From assembly GCA_031550325.1 (NCBI GenBank), contig JAVBOR010000013.1, forward strand, positions 27,946-91,945: a stretch of DNA of 64,000 nucleotides, read 5' to 3'. This document shows, one piece after another, positions 8,957 through 18,384 of this stretch. Source of the stretch: Oscillospiraceae bacterium. Its GTDB lineage: Bacteria; Bacillota; Clostridia; Oscillospirales; UBA929. The translations under genes were made by a program, and so were the position numbers. The number at the start of each line of letters is the position of its first letter. Within the stretch, counting starts at the first letter, position 1. The notes below the pieces were generated by a model. That model was not told the DNA's origin, ran no database searches, and worked only from the letters and a program-made list of their open reading frames with translations.

Positions 8957-8996
8957 TTACACAGTTTTTACATGGACCTGTCTTTAGCTTATACAT
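8957..8996 (+). promoter_or_regulatory. candidate Pho box (PhoP-type direct repeats)
   Basis: TTACAC (8957), TTACAT (8968) and TATACA (8990) sit on an 11-bp register upstream of pstS. This resembles TT(A/T/C)ACA repeats. The site expected at 8979 is poor. Confidence 0.3.
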
Positions 8997-9042
8997 TCCT
9001 GCGTTATCATCAGAGTGTAATGATGAAACGGAGGAATTATTT

Positions 9043-9915
9043 ATGAGAAAAGCAATTGGAATTTTAGTATTATTAGCGATGGCAACCTCGGTGTTTTCTG
9101 GTTGTTCGACGGGCACCGCAGCAAGCTTCGATACTGGGAAAGCCATCGCCGTCGTATCTCGCGAGGACGGCTCGGGTACACGCGGCGCATTTATTGAGCT
9201 GTTCGGTATTGAACAAAAAGACGCTGATGGAAACAGGAAAGACCTGACGACAAAGGAAGCGGTCATCGCCAAACAGACCGATGTGATGATGACAAATATC
9301 GCGGGGGACAAATACGCAATCGGCTACATATCCCTTGGCTCACTGAACGACACGGTGAAAGCGGTTCAGATTGAGGGCGTCACCGCCTCGTCCGAAAACG
9401 TGAAGAAGGGAACCTATCCGATAGCGCGCCCGTTCAACATCGCGACGAAGGGCGAACCTACGGGACTTGCGAAGGATTTCATTGACTTTATTCTATCGTC
9501 GGATGGCCAGGCGATTGTGGGAAAGAGCTACACTGCCACCCGCGACTCCGCTCCGGCCTATGCGGGTGATACGCCCTCCGGCAAGATTGTCGTGGGAGGC
9601 TCCACTTCTGTCGGCCCCGTGATGGAAAAGCTCAAGGAGGCATATCTGAAAATCAATCCAAATGCCACAATTGAAATCCAGCAGATTGATTCATCCGCGG
9701 GCATGACAGGCGCTGCCGACGGCACCTACGACATCGGCATGGCCAGCCGTGAATTAAAGGACAGCGAGAGAGCGCAGCTCACCGCCATCCAAATAGCCCT
9801 TGACGGCATCGCGGTAATCGTAAACAATGAAAATACCGCAACCAGCCTTGCAAAAGAGCAGGTCAAGGCAATCTTCACGGGCGAGACGCTCAAGTGGAGC
9901 GATTTAAGCAAATGA
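9043..9915 (+). CDS. pstS: phosphate ABC transporter substrate-binding lipoprotein PstS
   Basis: ORF 8878..9915 trimmed to the ATG at 9043 (GGAGG upstream). MRKAIGILVLLAMATSVFSGCS has a lipobox. PBP-like sequence, first gene of a pstSCAB-phoU cluster. Confidence 0.9.
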   Translation: MRKAIGILVLLAMATSVFSGCSTGTAASFDTGKAIAVVSREDGSGTRGAFIELFGIEQKDADGNRKDLTTKEAVIAKQTDVMMTNIAGDKYAIGYISLGSLNDTVKAVQIEGVTASSENVKKGTYPIARPFNIATKGEPTGLAKDFIDFILSSDGQAIVGKSYTATRDSAPAYAGDTPSGKIVVGGSTSVGPVMEKLKEAYLKINPNATIEIQQIDSSAGMTGAADGTYDIGMASRELKDSERAQLTAIQIALDGIAVIVNNENTATSLAKEQVKAIFTGETLKWSDLSK

Positions 9916-10748
9916 TGAGGCTGAAAGAAAAAGCGATGAGCGCCGTGTTTTTGACATCGGCGCTCGCCTCCATACTCGCAGTCGCCTTGATTTGCCTGTT
10001 TCTTTTGGCGAACGGCATTCCGACCATCGGGGAAATCGGTATATTCAATTTTCTCTTAGGCAAGGAATGGTCGCCATCGGACACACCTCCGCTGTTTGGC
10101 ATTCTACCGATGATTCTTGGCAGCATTTACATCACGGCAGGTGCGATTTTGATTGGCGTCCCCATTGGCGTGCTGACCGCCGTGTTTATGGCGCGAGTCT
10201 GCCCGAAAAGGTTGTACAAAGCCATTAAACCCGGCATTGATTTGCTGGCGGGTATCCCCTCGGTTGTCTACGGCTTTTTCGGCATGGCGGCCATTATTCC
10301 CCTTACGGGCAACAGCATCTTGTCGGCCTGTATCTTGCTCGGTATTATGATTCTGCCCACCATCATAGGCATTGCCGAAAGCGCCCTGCGCGCTGTGCCT
10401 GACAGCTATTACGAAGGTGCGCTGGCCCTCGGCGCGGGGCATTACCGCAGTGTGTTCCGCGTCATTCTCCCCGCCGCAAAGTCGGGCATCTTCGCCGCCG
10501 TAGTGCTCGGCATCGGCCGCGCCATCGGCGAGACCATGGCGGTCATTATGGTGGCGGGCAATCAGGCGCGAATGCCGGTCTCGCTCTTTAAGGGCATACG
10601 AACGCTGACCGCTAACATCGTCATCGAGATGGGTTACGCCGCCGACTTGCACCGTGAGGCGCTTATCGCGACTGGTGTCGTGCTGTTTGTGTTCATATTG
10701 ATGATTAATCTGAGCTTTTCGGCTCTCAAGGGGAGGGCTAATAAGTGA
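9894..10748 (+). CDS. pstC: phosphate ABC transporter permease PstC
   Basis: 284-aa polytopic ORF with a BPD-transporter EAA-type loop (YEGALALGAGHYRSVFRVILP). The start could also be the ATG at 9912/9915. Confidence 0.9.
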   Translation: MERFKQMMRLKEKAMSAVFLTSALASILAVALICLFLLANGIPTIGEIGIFNFLLGKEWSPSDTPPLFGILPMILGSIYITAGAILIGVPIGVLTAVFMARVCPKRLYKAIKPGIDLLAGIPSVVYGFFGMAAIIPLTGNSILSACILLGIMILPTIIGIAESALRAVPDSYYEGALALGAGHYRSVFRVILPAAKSGIFAAVVLGIGRAIGETMAVIMVAGNQARMPVSLFKGIRTLTANIVIEMGYAADLHREALIATGVVLFVFILMINLSFSALKGRANK

Positions 10749-11650
10749 AAAGGATGTTGAGAGCGCTAAAAAAGAGACAAGAAGCTCTGGGGGAGAAAAC
10801 CAGGCACTTTCGAAACGAGACGCTCCCCGCAGGTTTCACTTGGACAGCCGCTATATTGACGGTCGGCGTCCTCGCCTTTTTGGTGGGATTCATCCTTGTA
10901 AAAGGCGTCCCCTATTTGAAGCCATCCCTTTTCGCGCTCACCTACAACAGCGAAAACGTGTCGCTCATGCCGGCGCTGATATCGACCATCATCCTTACAC
11001 TCATGTCGCTTGTCATCGCCGTACCGCTAGGCGTGTTCGCGGCCATTTACCTTGTCGAATACGCCAGGCGCGGTAATAAGGCGGTGGCGCTCGTGCGCAT
11101 GACAACTGAAACGCTGGCGGGCATTCCGTCCATCGTCTACGGCCTTTTCGGCATGCTGTTCTTCGTCAAATATCTCGGATGGCAAAACTCCATGCTGGCG
11201 GGCGCGTTTACCCTCGCTATTATGATATTACCCCTTGTCATGCGATCAAGCGAGGAAGCATTAAAATCCGTCTCCGACACCTTCAGAGAGGGCTCCTTCG
11301 GGCTGGGCGCAGGCAAGCTGCGTACCGTATTCAAGATTGTGCTGCCTTCCGCTATGCCCGGCATACTCGCGGGCGTTATTCTTTCCATCGGTCGAATCGT
11401 CGGTGAGACGGCGGCGCTCATCTACACATCGGGTACGGTGGCGCAGATACCAAAGCTATATAACGCTGAAACACATCAGTTTTTCTGGCAGCAGAGCGCG
11501 CGAACCCTCTCCGTCCATCTGTACGCGCTCTCAAGCGAAGGACTTCACACAGGCGAGGGCTACGCTACAGCGGTCGTGCTGCTCCTTGTGGTGATCATCA
11601 TCAACACTCTCTCGGCTAAGATCGCTAAACGCATAGGAGGCAAAACATGA
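10745..11650 (+). CDS. pstA: phosphate ABC transporter permease PstA
   Basis: 301-aa polytopic ORF overlapping pstC by 4 nt. Contains [27 protein letters not shown]. Confidence 0.9.
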   Translation: MKRMLRALKKRQEALGEKTRHFRNETLPAGFTWTAAILTVGVLAFLVGFILVKGVPYLKPSLFALTYNSENVSLMPALISTIILTLMSLVIAVPLGVFAAIYLVEYARRGNKAVALVRMTTETLAGIPSIVYGLFGMLFFVKYLGWQNSMLAGAFTLAIMILPLVMRSSEEALKSVSDTFREGSFGLGAGKLRTVFKIVLPSAMPGILAGVILSIGRIVGETAALIYTSGTVAQIPKLYNAETHQFFWQQSARTLSVHLYALSSEGLHTGEGYATAVVLLLVVIIINTLSAKIAKRIGGKT

Positions 11651-12396
11651 ATTGTTTTGAGATACATAACCTGAACCTATTTTACGGCGATTTTCAGGCG
11701 CTTAAGAGCATCAATATGGGTATTGTTAAGGGAGACATCACCGCCTTTATCGGTCCCTCCGGCTGCGGAAAATCGACGCTCCTAAAATCATTAAACCGCA
11801 TGAATGACTTGGTTGAGGGCTGCAAAATTACGGGCGAAATCACGCTTTCTGGCAAGGATGTGTACAAAGGCATGGATGTAAACTTGCTGCGTAAGCGCGT
11901 CGGTATGGTGTTTCAAAAGCCCAATCCCTTTCCCATGAGCGTATATGACAACATCGCCTTCGGCCCGAGGACGCACGGCATCAAGTCAAAGTATGAGCTT
12001 GACAACATCGTTGAGGCCTCACTAAAAGATACTGCTATTTGGGACGAGGTCAAAGACAGACTAAAAAAATCAGCTCTTGGGCTATCCGGCGGGCAGCAGC
12101 AGCGGCTTTGCATTGCGCGGGCATTGGCCGTTTCGCCGGAGGTTCTCTTAATGGATGAGCCGACCAGCGCGCTCGACCCGATATCCACGGGAAAAATTGA
12201 GGAACTTTTGCTGACTTTGCGTAAAAAATACAGTATAATAATCGTGACGCACAATATGCAGCAGGCCACCCGAATCAGCGACAAGACTGCGTTTTTTTTG
12301 CTCGGAGAAGTGATTGAATATAGCGAGACGGAGAAAATATTCTCGATGCCCAAAGATAGACGCACGGAGGATTATATTACGGGGAGGTTTGGATGA
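11647..12396 (+). CDS. pstB: phosphate ABC transporter ATP-binding protein PstB
   Basis: Walker [10 protein letters not shown], signature LSGGQQQRL, Walker [12 protein letters not shown]. 4-nt overlap with pstA. Confidence 0.95.
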   Translation: MNCFEIHNLNLFYGDFQALKSINMGIVKGDITAFIGPSGCGKSTLLKSLNRMNDLVEGCKITGEITLSGKDVYKGMDVNLLRKRVGMVFQKPNPFPMSVYDNIAFGPRTHGIKSKYELDNIVEASLKDTAIWDEVKDRLKKSALGLSGGQQQRLCIARALAVSPEVLLMDEPTSALDPISTGKIEELLLTLRKKYSIIIVTHNMQQATRISDKTAFFLLGEVIEYSETEKIFSMPKDRRTEDYITGRFG

Positions 12397-13052
12397 TGCG
12401 CAGCCGGTTTGATGAACAATTGGTGATTCTGAATAACCGTTTGATTGAAATGGGCGCCCTTATCGAGTACGCCATTGCAAAGGCGACAAAGGCGCTTCTG
12501 GAGCAGGATGCGGTCGCAGCGCGAGAAATTGCCGAGGGTGACCAAATTATCGACGATAAGGAGAAAGAAATCGAAAGCCTTTGCCTAAAACTTCTGCTAA
12601 ATCAGCAGCCCGTTGCAAAGGACTTGCGGCAAATCTCCACAGCGCTCAAAATGATAACCGACATGGAGCGCATCGGCGACCAGGCCGCAGACATTTCCGA
12701 GCTTTGTCTGTATTTATCAAATCAGGAGTATATTAATAAGCTTGAGTACATCCCGCAGATGGCGCGAGCGACGATTAAAATGGTCAATGAGAGCATTGAC
12801 GCCTTTGTAAAAAAAGATTTGTCTCTTGCCCAGTCGGTTATCAAATATGATGACGTCGTTGATGATTTATATGTTTTTGTTAAGAAAGATTTGATAGAAC
12901 TTATACACGATGATGTTAAGAACGGAGAGCAGGCCTTTGACCTGCTGCAAATCGCAAAGTATTATGAACGCATCGGTGACCACGCGATGAACATCGCCGA
13001 ATGGGTCATATTCTCGATAACAGGTATGCACAAGGACAAGCAAGTTTTGTAG
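12393..13052 (+). CDS. phoU: phosphate signalling regulator PhoU
   Basis: 219 aa, two PhoU repeats ([12 protein letters not shown] and [15 protein letters not shown]). 4-nt overlap with pstB. Confidence 0.9.
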   Translation: MMRSRFDEQLVILNNRLIEMGALIEYAIAKATKALLEQDAVAAREIAEGDQIIDDKEKEIESLCLKLLLNQQPVAKDLRQISTALKMITDMERIGDQAADISELCLYLSNQEYINKLEYIPQMARATIKMVNESIDAFVKKDLSLAQSVIKYDDVVDDLYVFVKKDLIELIHDDVKNGEQAFDLLQIAKYYERIGDHAMNIAEWVIFSITGMHKDKQVL

Positions 13053-13065
13053 GAGGGCTTTGCAT

Positions 13066-13743
13066 TTGCATAGAATATATATTGTTGAGGACGACGACAA
13101 TATCCGCGATATGGTGGCTTACGCGCTCGCTCAAGCGGGCTTCGAGGCGTTGGGCTTTCCGCAGAGTACGCCCTTTTGGGGAGAGATGAAGGATCACATC
13201 CCCGCGCTCATTCTGCTTGATATCATGCTGCCCAAAGAGGATGGCATTTCCATATTAAAGCGGCTTAAAGGGTCGGGGTCTTTTAAAAAGATACCGGTCA
13301 TCATGCTCACCGCCAAAGGCGCGGAGTACGACCGTATCAAGGGACTTGATATGGGTGCTGACGACTACATCACGAAGCCCTTTTCGGTGATGGAGGTCAT
13401 TTCGCGCATTCGCGCCGTTTTGCGCCGCTGCGAAGAGGAGACGGTTCGTTCATCAAGGTTGAGCATTGGCGCAGTTACGCTCTGCAGCGACAAGCGGACC
13501 GTTTTGTCGGATGGTGCCGAAATCAGCCTTACATACAAGGAGTTTGAACTCCTGCACTACATGATGCTCAATGAGGGCTTCGTGCTCACAAGGGATAAAA
13601 TACTGGAGCAGGTCTGGGGCTTTGACTACAACGGCGAGAGCCGCACGGTGGATATGCACATCAAGTCGCTCCGCCAAAAGCTGGGAATAGGCGGCAATCT
13701 GATTTCGACCATTCGGAATGTCGGCTACAAGATGGGAGGATAG
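13066..13743 (+). CDS. phoP: OmpR-family response regulator (PhoP/PhoB type)
   Basis: Receiver domain (IYIVEDDD...LILLDIMLP) plus winged-helix output (LTYKEFELLHYM...TVDMHIKSLRQKL). Start set to the TTG at 13066, 9 nt after AGGAGG. Confidence 0.8.
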   Translation: MHRIYIVEDDDNIRDMVAYALAQAGFEALGFPQSTPFWGEMKDHIPALILLDIMLPKEDGISILKRLKGSGSFKKIPVIMLTAKGAEYDRIKGLDMGADDYITKPFSVMEVISRIRAVLRRCEEETVRSSRLSIGAVTLCSDKRTVLSDGAEISLTYKEFELLHYMMLNEGFVLTRDKILEQVWGFDYNGESRTVDMHIKSLRQKLGIGGNLISTIRNVGYKMGG

Positions 13744-13746
13744 CGG

Positions 13747-15402
13747 ATGAAGCGGCGTATCTTTTCGAGCATCCTTCTGCTCATCGTTTTGAGCCTTGTT
13801 TTATCGACAACTGCCGTATGCGTTGTCTTTTATAATCAGCTGTCCGCCGCTGTTCAAAGTGATGTGCGGGAGCGGACGCATATGCTGGCCCTCGCCATAA
13901 AAGCCGGTGAATACAATGGCCTTTTCATTTCCGATATGCGTCTGACGGTCATATCGGGCGATGGAACGGTGCTGCACGATGATTATCAAGATGCGGCGAC
14001 CCTGCCCAATCACGCCGACCGCGAAGAGGTTAGGGAGGCGATGCTTTCGGGCGAGGGCGAAAGCAAGCGCTTTTCCGACACGTTCAGGCAGGAGACATAT
14101 TATTATGCCGTAAAGCTCGGGGATGGCTCCATTCTGCGCGTTGCGAAGACGATAAGCAGCATATTCGGAATCTTTGGCGGGGCGCTTCCCGTTGTGGCAG
14201 GCGTGCTATTTGTTTTTATTCTGGTGGGGTATGTTCTGTCTGGAAGACTTACAAAGCGGATTATTGGGCCATTAAACAAGGTGGATTTGGGCGGCGAACT
14301 GTCCGCTCCGTATGACGAGCTTGCTCCCTTTGTTAAGACAATCGGCGAACAGAGAATGAAAATCGCGTCACAGCTGGATGACCTGCGCGAGCGCGGCGAC
14401 ACTATGCAGGCTATTCTGGAGAGTATGGGCGAAGGCATCATCATTTTGAATGAGACGGGTATCATTCTGTCATCAAACCAGAGTGCATCGGTTTTTTTTG
14501 CGCTACCCCAGTCCATAATTGGCAAAAATATACTTGAGCTTTTCCGCGATGTGGAGTTTTCCGAAAGGGTACGCGGTGCCCTGTTTGGCAAGCGCGGGGA
14601 ACAGGCTCTTGAGCACGGAAGCAGAATATTTCGAGCATACTTCAGCCCTGTGACGGGTATCGGCGCGATGATTCTGTTTATGGACATCACCGAAAAGGCG
14701 AGAGCGGAAACGCTCAGACGTGAGTTCTCCGCCAATGTATCCCACGAATTAAAAACGCCCCTGACAACAATATATGGCAATGCCGAGATGCTGACAGGGG
14801 GCATAGTAAGGGACGCCGACAAGCCTGTGTTCTATGCCAAAATCAAGGATGAGGCGCGCCGGATGATTGCGCTCATCGAGGACATTATCCTCATATCCAA
14901 GCTTGACGAGGGCATGGAACATGAGGAACTTGAGGAAATGGAACTCTCCGCTGTCGCGAATGATGCGGCTTTAGCTCTTTCCGACAGTGCTGCGGGAAGC
15001 AATATATCCATTGAAGTGTTGGCAGAGCGGGTCAACATGACCGCCAACCGTTCGCAGATGTATGAGCTGTTTTATAATCTTATCGACAACGCCGTAAAAT
15101 ATAACAGGCCAAGCGGCAGCGTGAAGGTTGAACTAAAAGAGTCAAACGGGCAAATCAGGTTCACTGTGTCCGATACGGGCATCGGTATCCCAAAGGAGGC
15201 GCAAGATCGTGTTTTTGAGCGGTTTTACCGTGTGGACAAATCCCGCTCGAAGTTGACGGGCGGCACAGGGTTAGGGCTCGCGATTGTGAAGCATATTGTG
15301 ATGGCGTACAATGGGATCATTGAGCTAAACAGTGATTTTGGGACAGGAACGACCATCTCAGTTTTATTCTCAGAAAATCCTCTTTCCGATGCAGATAATT
15401 AG
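13747..15402 (+). CDS. phoR: phosphate-sensing histidine kinase (PhoR type)
   Basis: Two TM helices, a PAS-like segment, H-box FSANVSHELKTPLT, and HATPase motifs (DNAVKYN, DTGIGI, GGTGLGLAIV). Lies directly after the response regulator. Confidence 0.8.
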   Translation: MKRRIFSSILLLIVLSLVLSTTAVCVVFYNQLSAAVQSDVRERTHMLALAIKAGEYNGLFISDMRLTVISGDGTVLHDDYQDAATLPNHADREEVREAMLSGEGESKRFSDTFRQETYYYAVKLGDGSILRVAKTISSIFGIFGGALPVVAGVLFVFILVGYVLSGRLTKRIIGPLNKVDLGGELSAPYDELAPFVKTIGEQRMKIASQLDDLRERGDTMQAILESMGEGIIILNETGIILSSNQSASVFFALPQSIIGKNILELFRDVEFSERVRGALFGKRGEQALEHGSRIFRAYFSPVTGIGAMILFMDITEKARAETLRREFSANVSHELKTPLTTIYGNAEMLTGGIVRDADKPVFYAKIKDEARRMIALIEDIILISKLDEGMEHEELEEMELSAVANDAALALSDSAAGSNISIEVLAERVNMTANRSQMYELFYNLIDNAVKYNRPSGSVKVELKESNGQIRFTVSDTGIGIPKEAQDRVFERFYRVDKSRSKLTGGTGLGLAIVKHIVMAYNGIIELNSDFGTGTTISVLFSENPLSDADN

Positions 15403-15510
15403 GTTTATAACGTCAGAGATGCTGTCTTGAGCACCAAACTGTCGAGTTGAGCGTCCGGCAAATGGCGAAACCTGCCGCATAAGCTGGAATTGCTCGAGGA
15501 GGGCTTTACC

Positions 15511-15687
15511 ATGGAGCAAATGAGCGGCATGAGGGATGTTACCGAGCTGAAAAATGAGGATGGGACCGTTACTTCCTGTTTTAGGGACGGCAATTTACTG
15601 ACAGCCGTGGGTTCGGATTTTATAAGTTTTGGCATTGAGTTCGGAAAAATGCTCAATTTGAAGTTTGAGCCTGAATGGTACCGATGA
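15511..15687 (+). CDS. small hypothetical protein (58 aa)
   Basis: The ATG at 15511 lies 7 nt after GAGGAGGG, inside track ORF 15490..15687. Sequence MEQMSGMRDVTELKNEDGTVTSCFRDGNLL... I recognise no family; it could be a gene remnant. Confidence 0.3.
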   Translation: MEQMSGMRDVTELKNEDGTVTSCFRDGNLLTAVGSDFISFGIEFGKMLNLKFEPEWYR

Positions 15688-15752
15688 GGTACCCCGCATA
15701 AGAAACCTGTGTAAGGACGGGGAGCCGGGCTGCATTCTCCATTTTTTGGTTC

Positions 15753-15781
15753 TTGACAAGCCGGGCAAAGTAAGCTATACT
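15753..15781 (+). promoter_or_regulatory. near-consensus sigma-A promoter
   Basis: TTGACA (15753-15758), 17-nt spacer, TATACT (15776-15781). Confidence 0.5.
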
Positions 15782-15819
15782 CGTAAAAACTTGGAGCGCG
15801 GGAGGGACAGTTTTTGAAA

Positions 15820-15921
15820 ATGAGTTCGATTCCTTTTGAACTGCGAATTTTTGTGGAGCATTTTATCGGCTCCATTCTTATTCGTGCGTTCAAGAATCGG
15901 ATTGTTGTAGATAAACTGTAA
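15820..15921 (+). CDS. 33-aa leader ORF candidate
   Basis: ATG..TAA reads MSSIPFELRIFVEHFIGSILIRAFKNRIVVDKL. GGGAGGGA lies 12 nt upstream. It is below the apparent ~60-aa floor of the ORF track. Its 3' end overlaps a sequence able to pair with the terminator left arm. Confidence 0.25.
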   Translation: MSSIPFELRIFVEHFIGSILIRAFKNRIVVDKL

Positions 15922-15945
15922 CGGGCAGCGGCCTTTACTGTTGAG

Positions 15946-15985
15946 AGTATCTATTGCAATGACGATTGCGATAGATACTTTTTTA
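15946..15985 (+). terminator. rho-independent terminator / attenuator 40 nt before the transporter start codon
   Basis: AGTATCTATTGCAAT (15946-15960) pairs with ATTGCGATAGATACT (15965-15979). One mismatch, 4-nt loop, followed by a T6 run. Confidence 0.65.
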
Positions 15986-16024
15986 CATATCAACCTCAAA
16001 ATAGGATGTAAGGGAGCGACAAAA

Positions 16025-16615
16025 ATGGAGAAACAGGAATCGAAGACTTCTCCCGGATGGTCAAATCCAACACCGGCGGGGCTGGTGGCGCTGGCGGTGG
16101 CGTGCGCGTGCTTTTTTGCCCTGCTGACAGACAAAATAGACAGTTCGGCCATGCCCCTCATGGGGTGCTGGCTCCTGGGCGGCTTTGTCATTCAGCTGGT
16201 TGTCGGACTGCTGGATCTAAAGGGCGGAAACTACGCTGGCGGAAATACGTTCCTCTTTTTCAGCGCGTTTTTCATGCTGGTCGGCGGCATTGAGATGATG
16301 CTGAAATATAACGCCATCAAAGCCGGGGCGCCTCTCGACGGCAGAGTTGACGGGTTTGCCTGGAGTGTTTTGGCGCTGGTTGTGCTGCTGTGGACGCCCG
16401 CGTTCTGCAAGAAGTTCGGGCTGCTCTCCATTATCGTCCTGCTTCTGGATGTGGCGCTGCCCTTTATTGCTCTGTTGGATTTGAAGCTGATTTCCAAAAC
16501 GCTGGCGGTTGTCCCGGCCTGGTGTCTTCTTGCCGCGGCCGTCGTCGCCGTGTACTTAAGCGCAGCCATGGTCGTGAACACCACCTTTGGAAAAAAGCTT
16601 TACCCCATGCCGTAA
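16025..16615 (+). CDS. GPR1/FUN34/YaaH-family (acetate/succinate uptake, SatP-like) membrane protein
   Basis: ORF 15941..16615 trimmed to the ATG at 16025 (AAGGGAG upstream). N-terminal signature WSNPTPAGLVALAV (NPxxxGL) and six hydrophobic helices. Confidence 0.7.
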   Translation: MEKQESKTSPGWSNPTPAGLVALAVACACFFALLTDKIDSSAMPLMGCWLLGGFVIQLVVGLLDLKGGNYAGGNTFLFFSAFFMLVGGIEMMLKYNAIKAGAPLDGRVDGFAWSVLALVVLLWTPAFCKKFGLLSIIVLLLDVALPFIALLDLKLISKTLAVVPAWCLLAAAVVAVYLSAAMVVNTTFGKKLYPMP

Positions 16616-16678
16616 CCCGCTGCCTGCGGGTGCCTGTGCGCCTGACGCCTTATGCGGCGCTCACGCAGCGGGCAGCAG

Positions 16679-16753
16679 AAACGCCCCGCCGAAATCCCCT
16701 GGCTCCTGCCCGCTTTTCGGGCCGGCGCGGAGAGGGGTTCGGCGGGGCGTTTT
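16679..16753. terminator. long GC-rich hairpin between convergent genes (bidirectional terminator candidate)
   Basis: AAACGCCCCGCCGAA (16679-16693) pairs with TTCGGCGGGGCGTTT (16738-16752). Inner CCCCT/AGGGG pairing, flanked by A and T runs. Confidence 0.45.
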
Positions 16754-16797
16754 GATATCGGCGAGCAGCGCAGAGGGCCTCAGGCGTACAGGCGCGT

Positions 16798-18384
16798 TCA
16801 GCGGGGAGCATCACTGCCGGCGAAATTCATATTGGGATAGATCTCCTGCATGTAGTCGTTGGGATAGGTGTCGTCCAGCCACCGCGCAACGGGATCCTGT
16901 CCGGAGACGTTTTGCACGCGCGAGTTCCACCGCGCGACGGCCATGGCCGACAACAGCATGTTCACGCAAAGAAGGATGGTCATCATCCAGGTCAAAAAAT
17001 ATCCCGGGCGGTTGGGAATGCGCTCAATCATCCGGGACATCGGCGGATATACGACGCGAATGAAAAACAGGCCGAGCAAGCCCCAGAAAACCATAAACAG
17101 GATGCGTGTGCGCCCGCCGATCGAAAACGGCACCATCGAATAGTCCCAGGAATATGTACCGAAGACCATCTCCTGCACCCAGCTGCACACCCACTCGAAC
17201 GCGCCGCCGATCAGTGCGCTGCCCAGGAACAGCCAAAGGCCCTTATACTTGGCCAAGCGGTGCAGCGCCAGCACCAGCAGCATGGCGCCGAACCCGTAAA
17301 TCTGGGAAAACGGGCCGTAGAGCATCCCCTGACGGCTTTCCATATGGCCTCTGGTGACAAAGCAATACAGCATCTCTACCACATAGCCGATGACACAGGC
17401 GATCACAAAGACCCAGCACAGCTTGTAAAAGTTTACGCCAGCGGCAAAGGAGCGCTCTCCGACGGCGGTCTCCCGAGCGGCTGCGCCGGGGATTTCTTCG
17501 GCCGACGCGCACTGCTCCGGCGTAACGCGCAGCTGCTTTTGCAGCCAGTGCCTGAGGGAGAAGCTCCGCCCGCGGCTTTGCTCTTTGGACGCGTTATTCC
17601 GGGCCTCCATCAGCGAGAGAAGGGCCTCGGCGCTTCCGTCGGGGCTTTTCATGGTGGGAAAAGCCCAAGCGATGCGGCTCACGCCGCCGCCCGGGTGGGC
17701 AAGCGCCAGGATTTTGCCGACCGTGGCCGGAGGAATCGGATCGCTGCCATCCTCTTGGCGGCGGATGTTCAGGTGCTCGATGCCGTCCGCCACATCGCGC
17801 ATGTCAAGCCGGGAGCGGTCGTACTCGTCGAGTTCACCGAGCTCATGGCGCAGGCTGTGCAGCCTTGCCTTGAAGTTTACCAGGCTGTTCAGCGTCAAAA
17901 CCAGATCAACCAAAAACACGACGATAATCAGCGAGCTGATCAGATGCGCGGTTTCTCTGGAAAGCTGGTCAACCAGGCGGGCAACCGGCGGCTGAACCGC
18001 ATAGACCACGGCGAGGCCGAGTGCGCCGAGCAGCAGGGAGTTAAGCAGACAAACGCGCCCGTTCAGGTTGAGTTTTTTCCCCGAGTAGTCCCACCAGCGC
18101 AAACCGAACAGTTTCTCCATCAGCCAGCTTGCAAAGTACTCCAGCAGGGCAACGCAGAGCAGAACCGCCGGGAACAAAAGCGCGGGGTGAAGGCCGAGAG
18201 GAACAATGCCAAACAAAACGATCAGCGCGCCAAAGCCGTATACGGTGCAGTAAGGGCCATGCAGGAAACCGCGCATTACCCATCTTTGAGATGTAATCGC
18301 GCAGAAAAGCTCATCGCAAACCCAACCAAGAACACTGTAAAAGGCAAAGAGCATCACAACAGTGCTAAATCCAACTGTATTCAT
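16798..18384 (-). CDS. polytopic membrane protein with two PF06541-like (putative ABC-transporter type IV / CmpB) modules
   Basis: 528 aa. The module motif occurs twice: FYSVLGWVCDELF...MRGFLHGPYCTVYGFGALIV and VIGYVVEMLY...RQGMLYGPFSQIYGFGAMLL. The two are separated by a ~150-aa soluble linker. Confidence 0.5.
   Translation of the reverse strand: MNTVGFSTVVMLFAFYSVLGWVCDELFCAITSQRWVMRGFLHGPYCTVYGFGALIVLFGIVPLGLHPALLFPAVLLCVALLEYFASWLMEKLFGLRWWDYSGKKLNLNGRVCLLNSLLLGALGLAVVYAVQPPVARLVDQLSRETAHLISSLIIVVFLVDLVLTLNSLVNFKARLHSLRHELGELDEYDRSRLDMRDVADGIEHLNIRRQEDGSDPIPPATVGKILALAHPGGGVSRIAWAFPTMKSPDGSAEALLSLMEARNNASKEQSRGRSFSLRHWLQKQLRVTPEQCASAEEIPGAAARETAVGERSFAAGVNFYKLCWVFVIACVIGYVVEMLYCFVTRGHMESRQGMLYGPFSQIYGFGAMLLVLALHRLAKYKGLWLFLGSALIGGAFEWVCSWVQEMVFGTYSWDYSMVPFSIGGRTRILFMVFWGLLGLFFIRVVYPPMSRMIERIPNRPGYFLTWMMTILLCVNMLLSAMAVARWNSRVQNVSGQDPVARWLDDTYPNDYMQEIYPNMNFAGSDAPR

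Noticed and set aside
8878-9042. N-terminal extensions of track ORFs (pstS from 8878; also 26787..26984, 40960..41136, 42204..42278, 38952..39032 and 56809..57081)
   Set aside because: The extensions lack RBSs and have atypical composition. Internal starts with proper Shine-Dalgarno spacing give canonical N-termini (signal peptides, Rossmann starts, conserved family N-termini).
15405-15893. 162-aa minus-strand ORF in the phoR/transporter spacer
   Set aside because: It has no RBS, a Ser/Pro/Cys-rich low-complexity translation, and runs antisense to a consensus promoter, an RBS-supported 58-aa ORF and the leader ORF on the plus strand.
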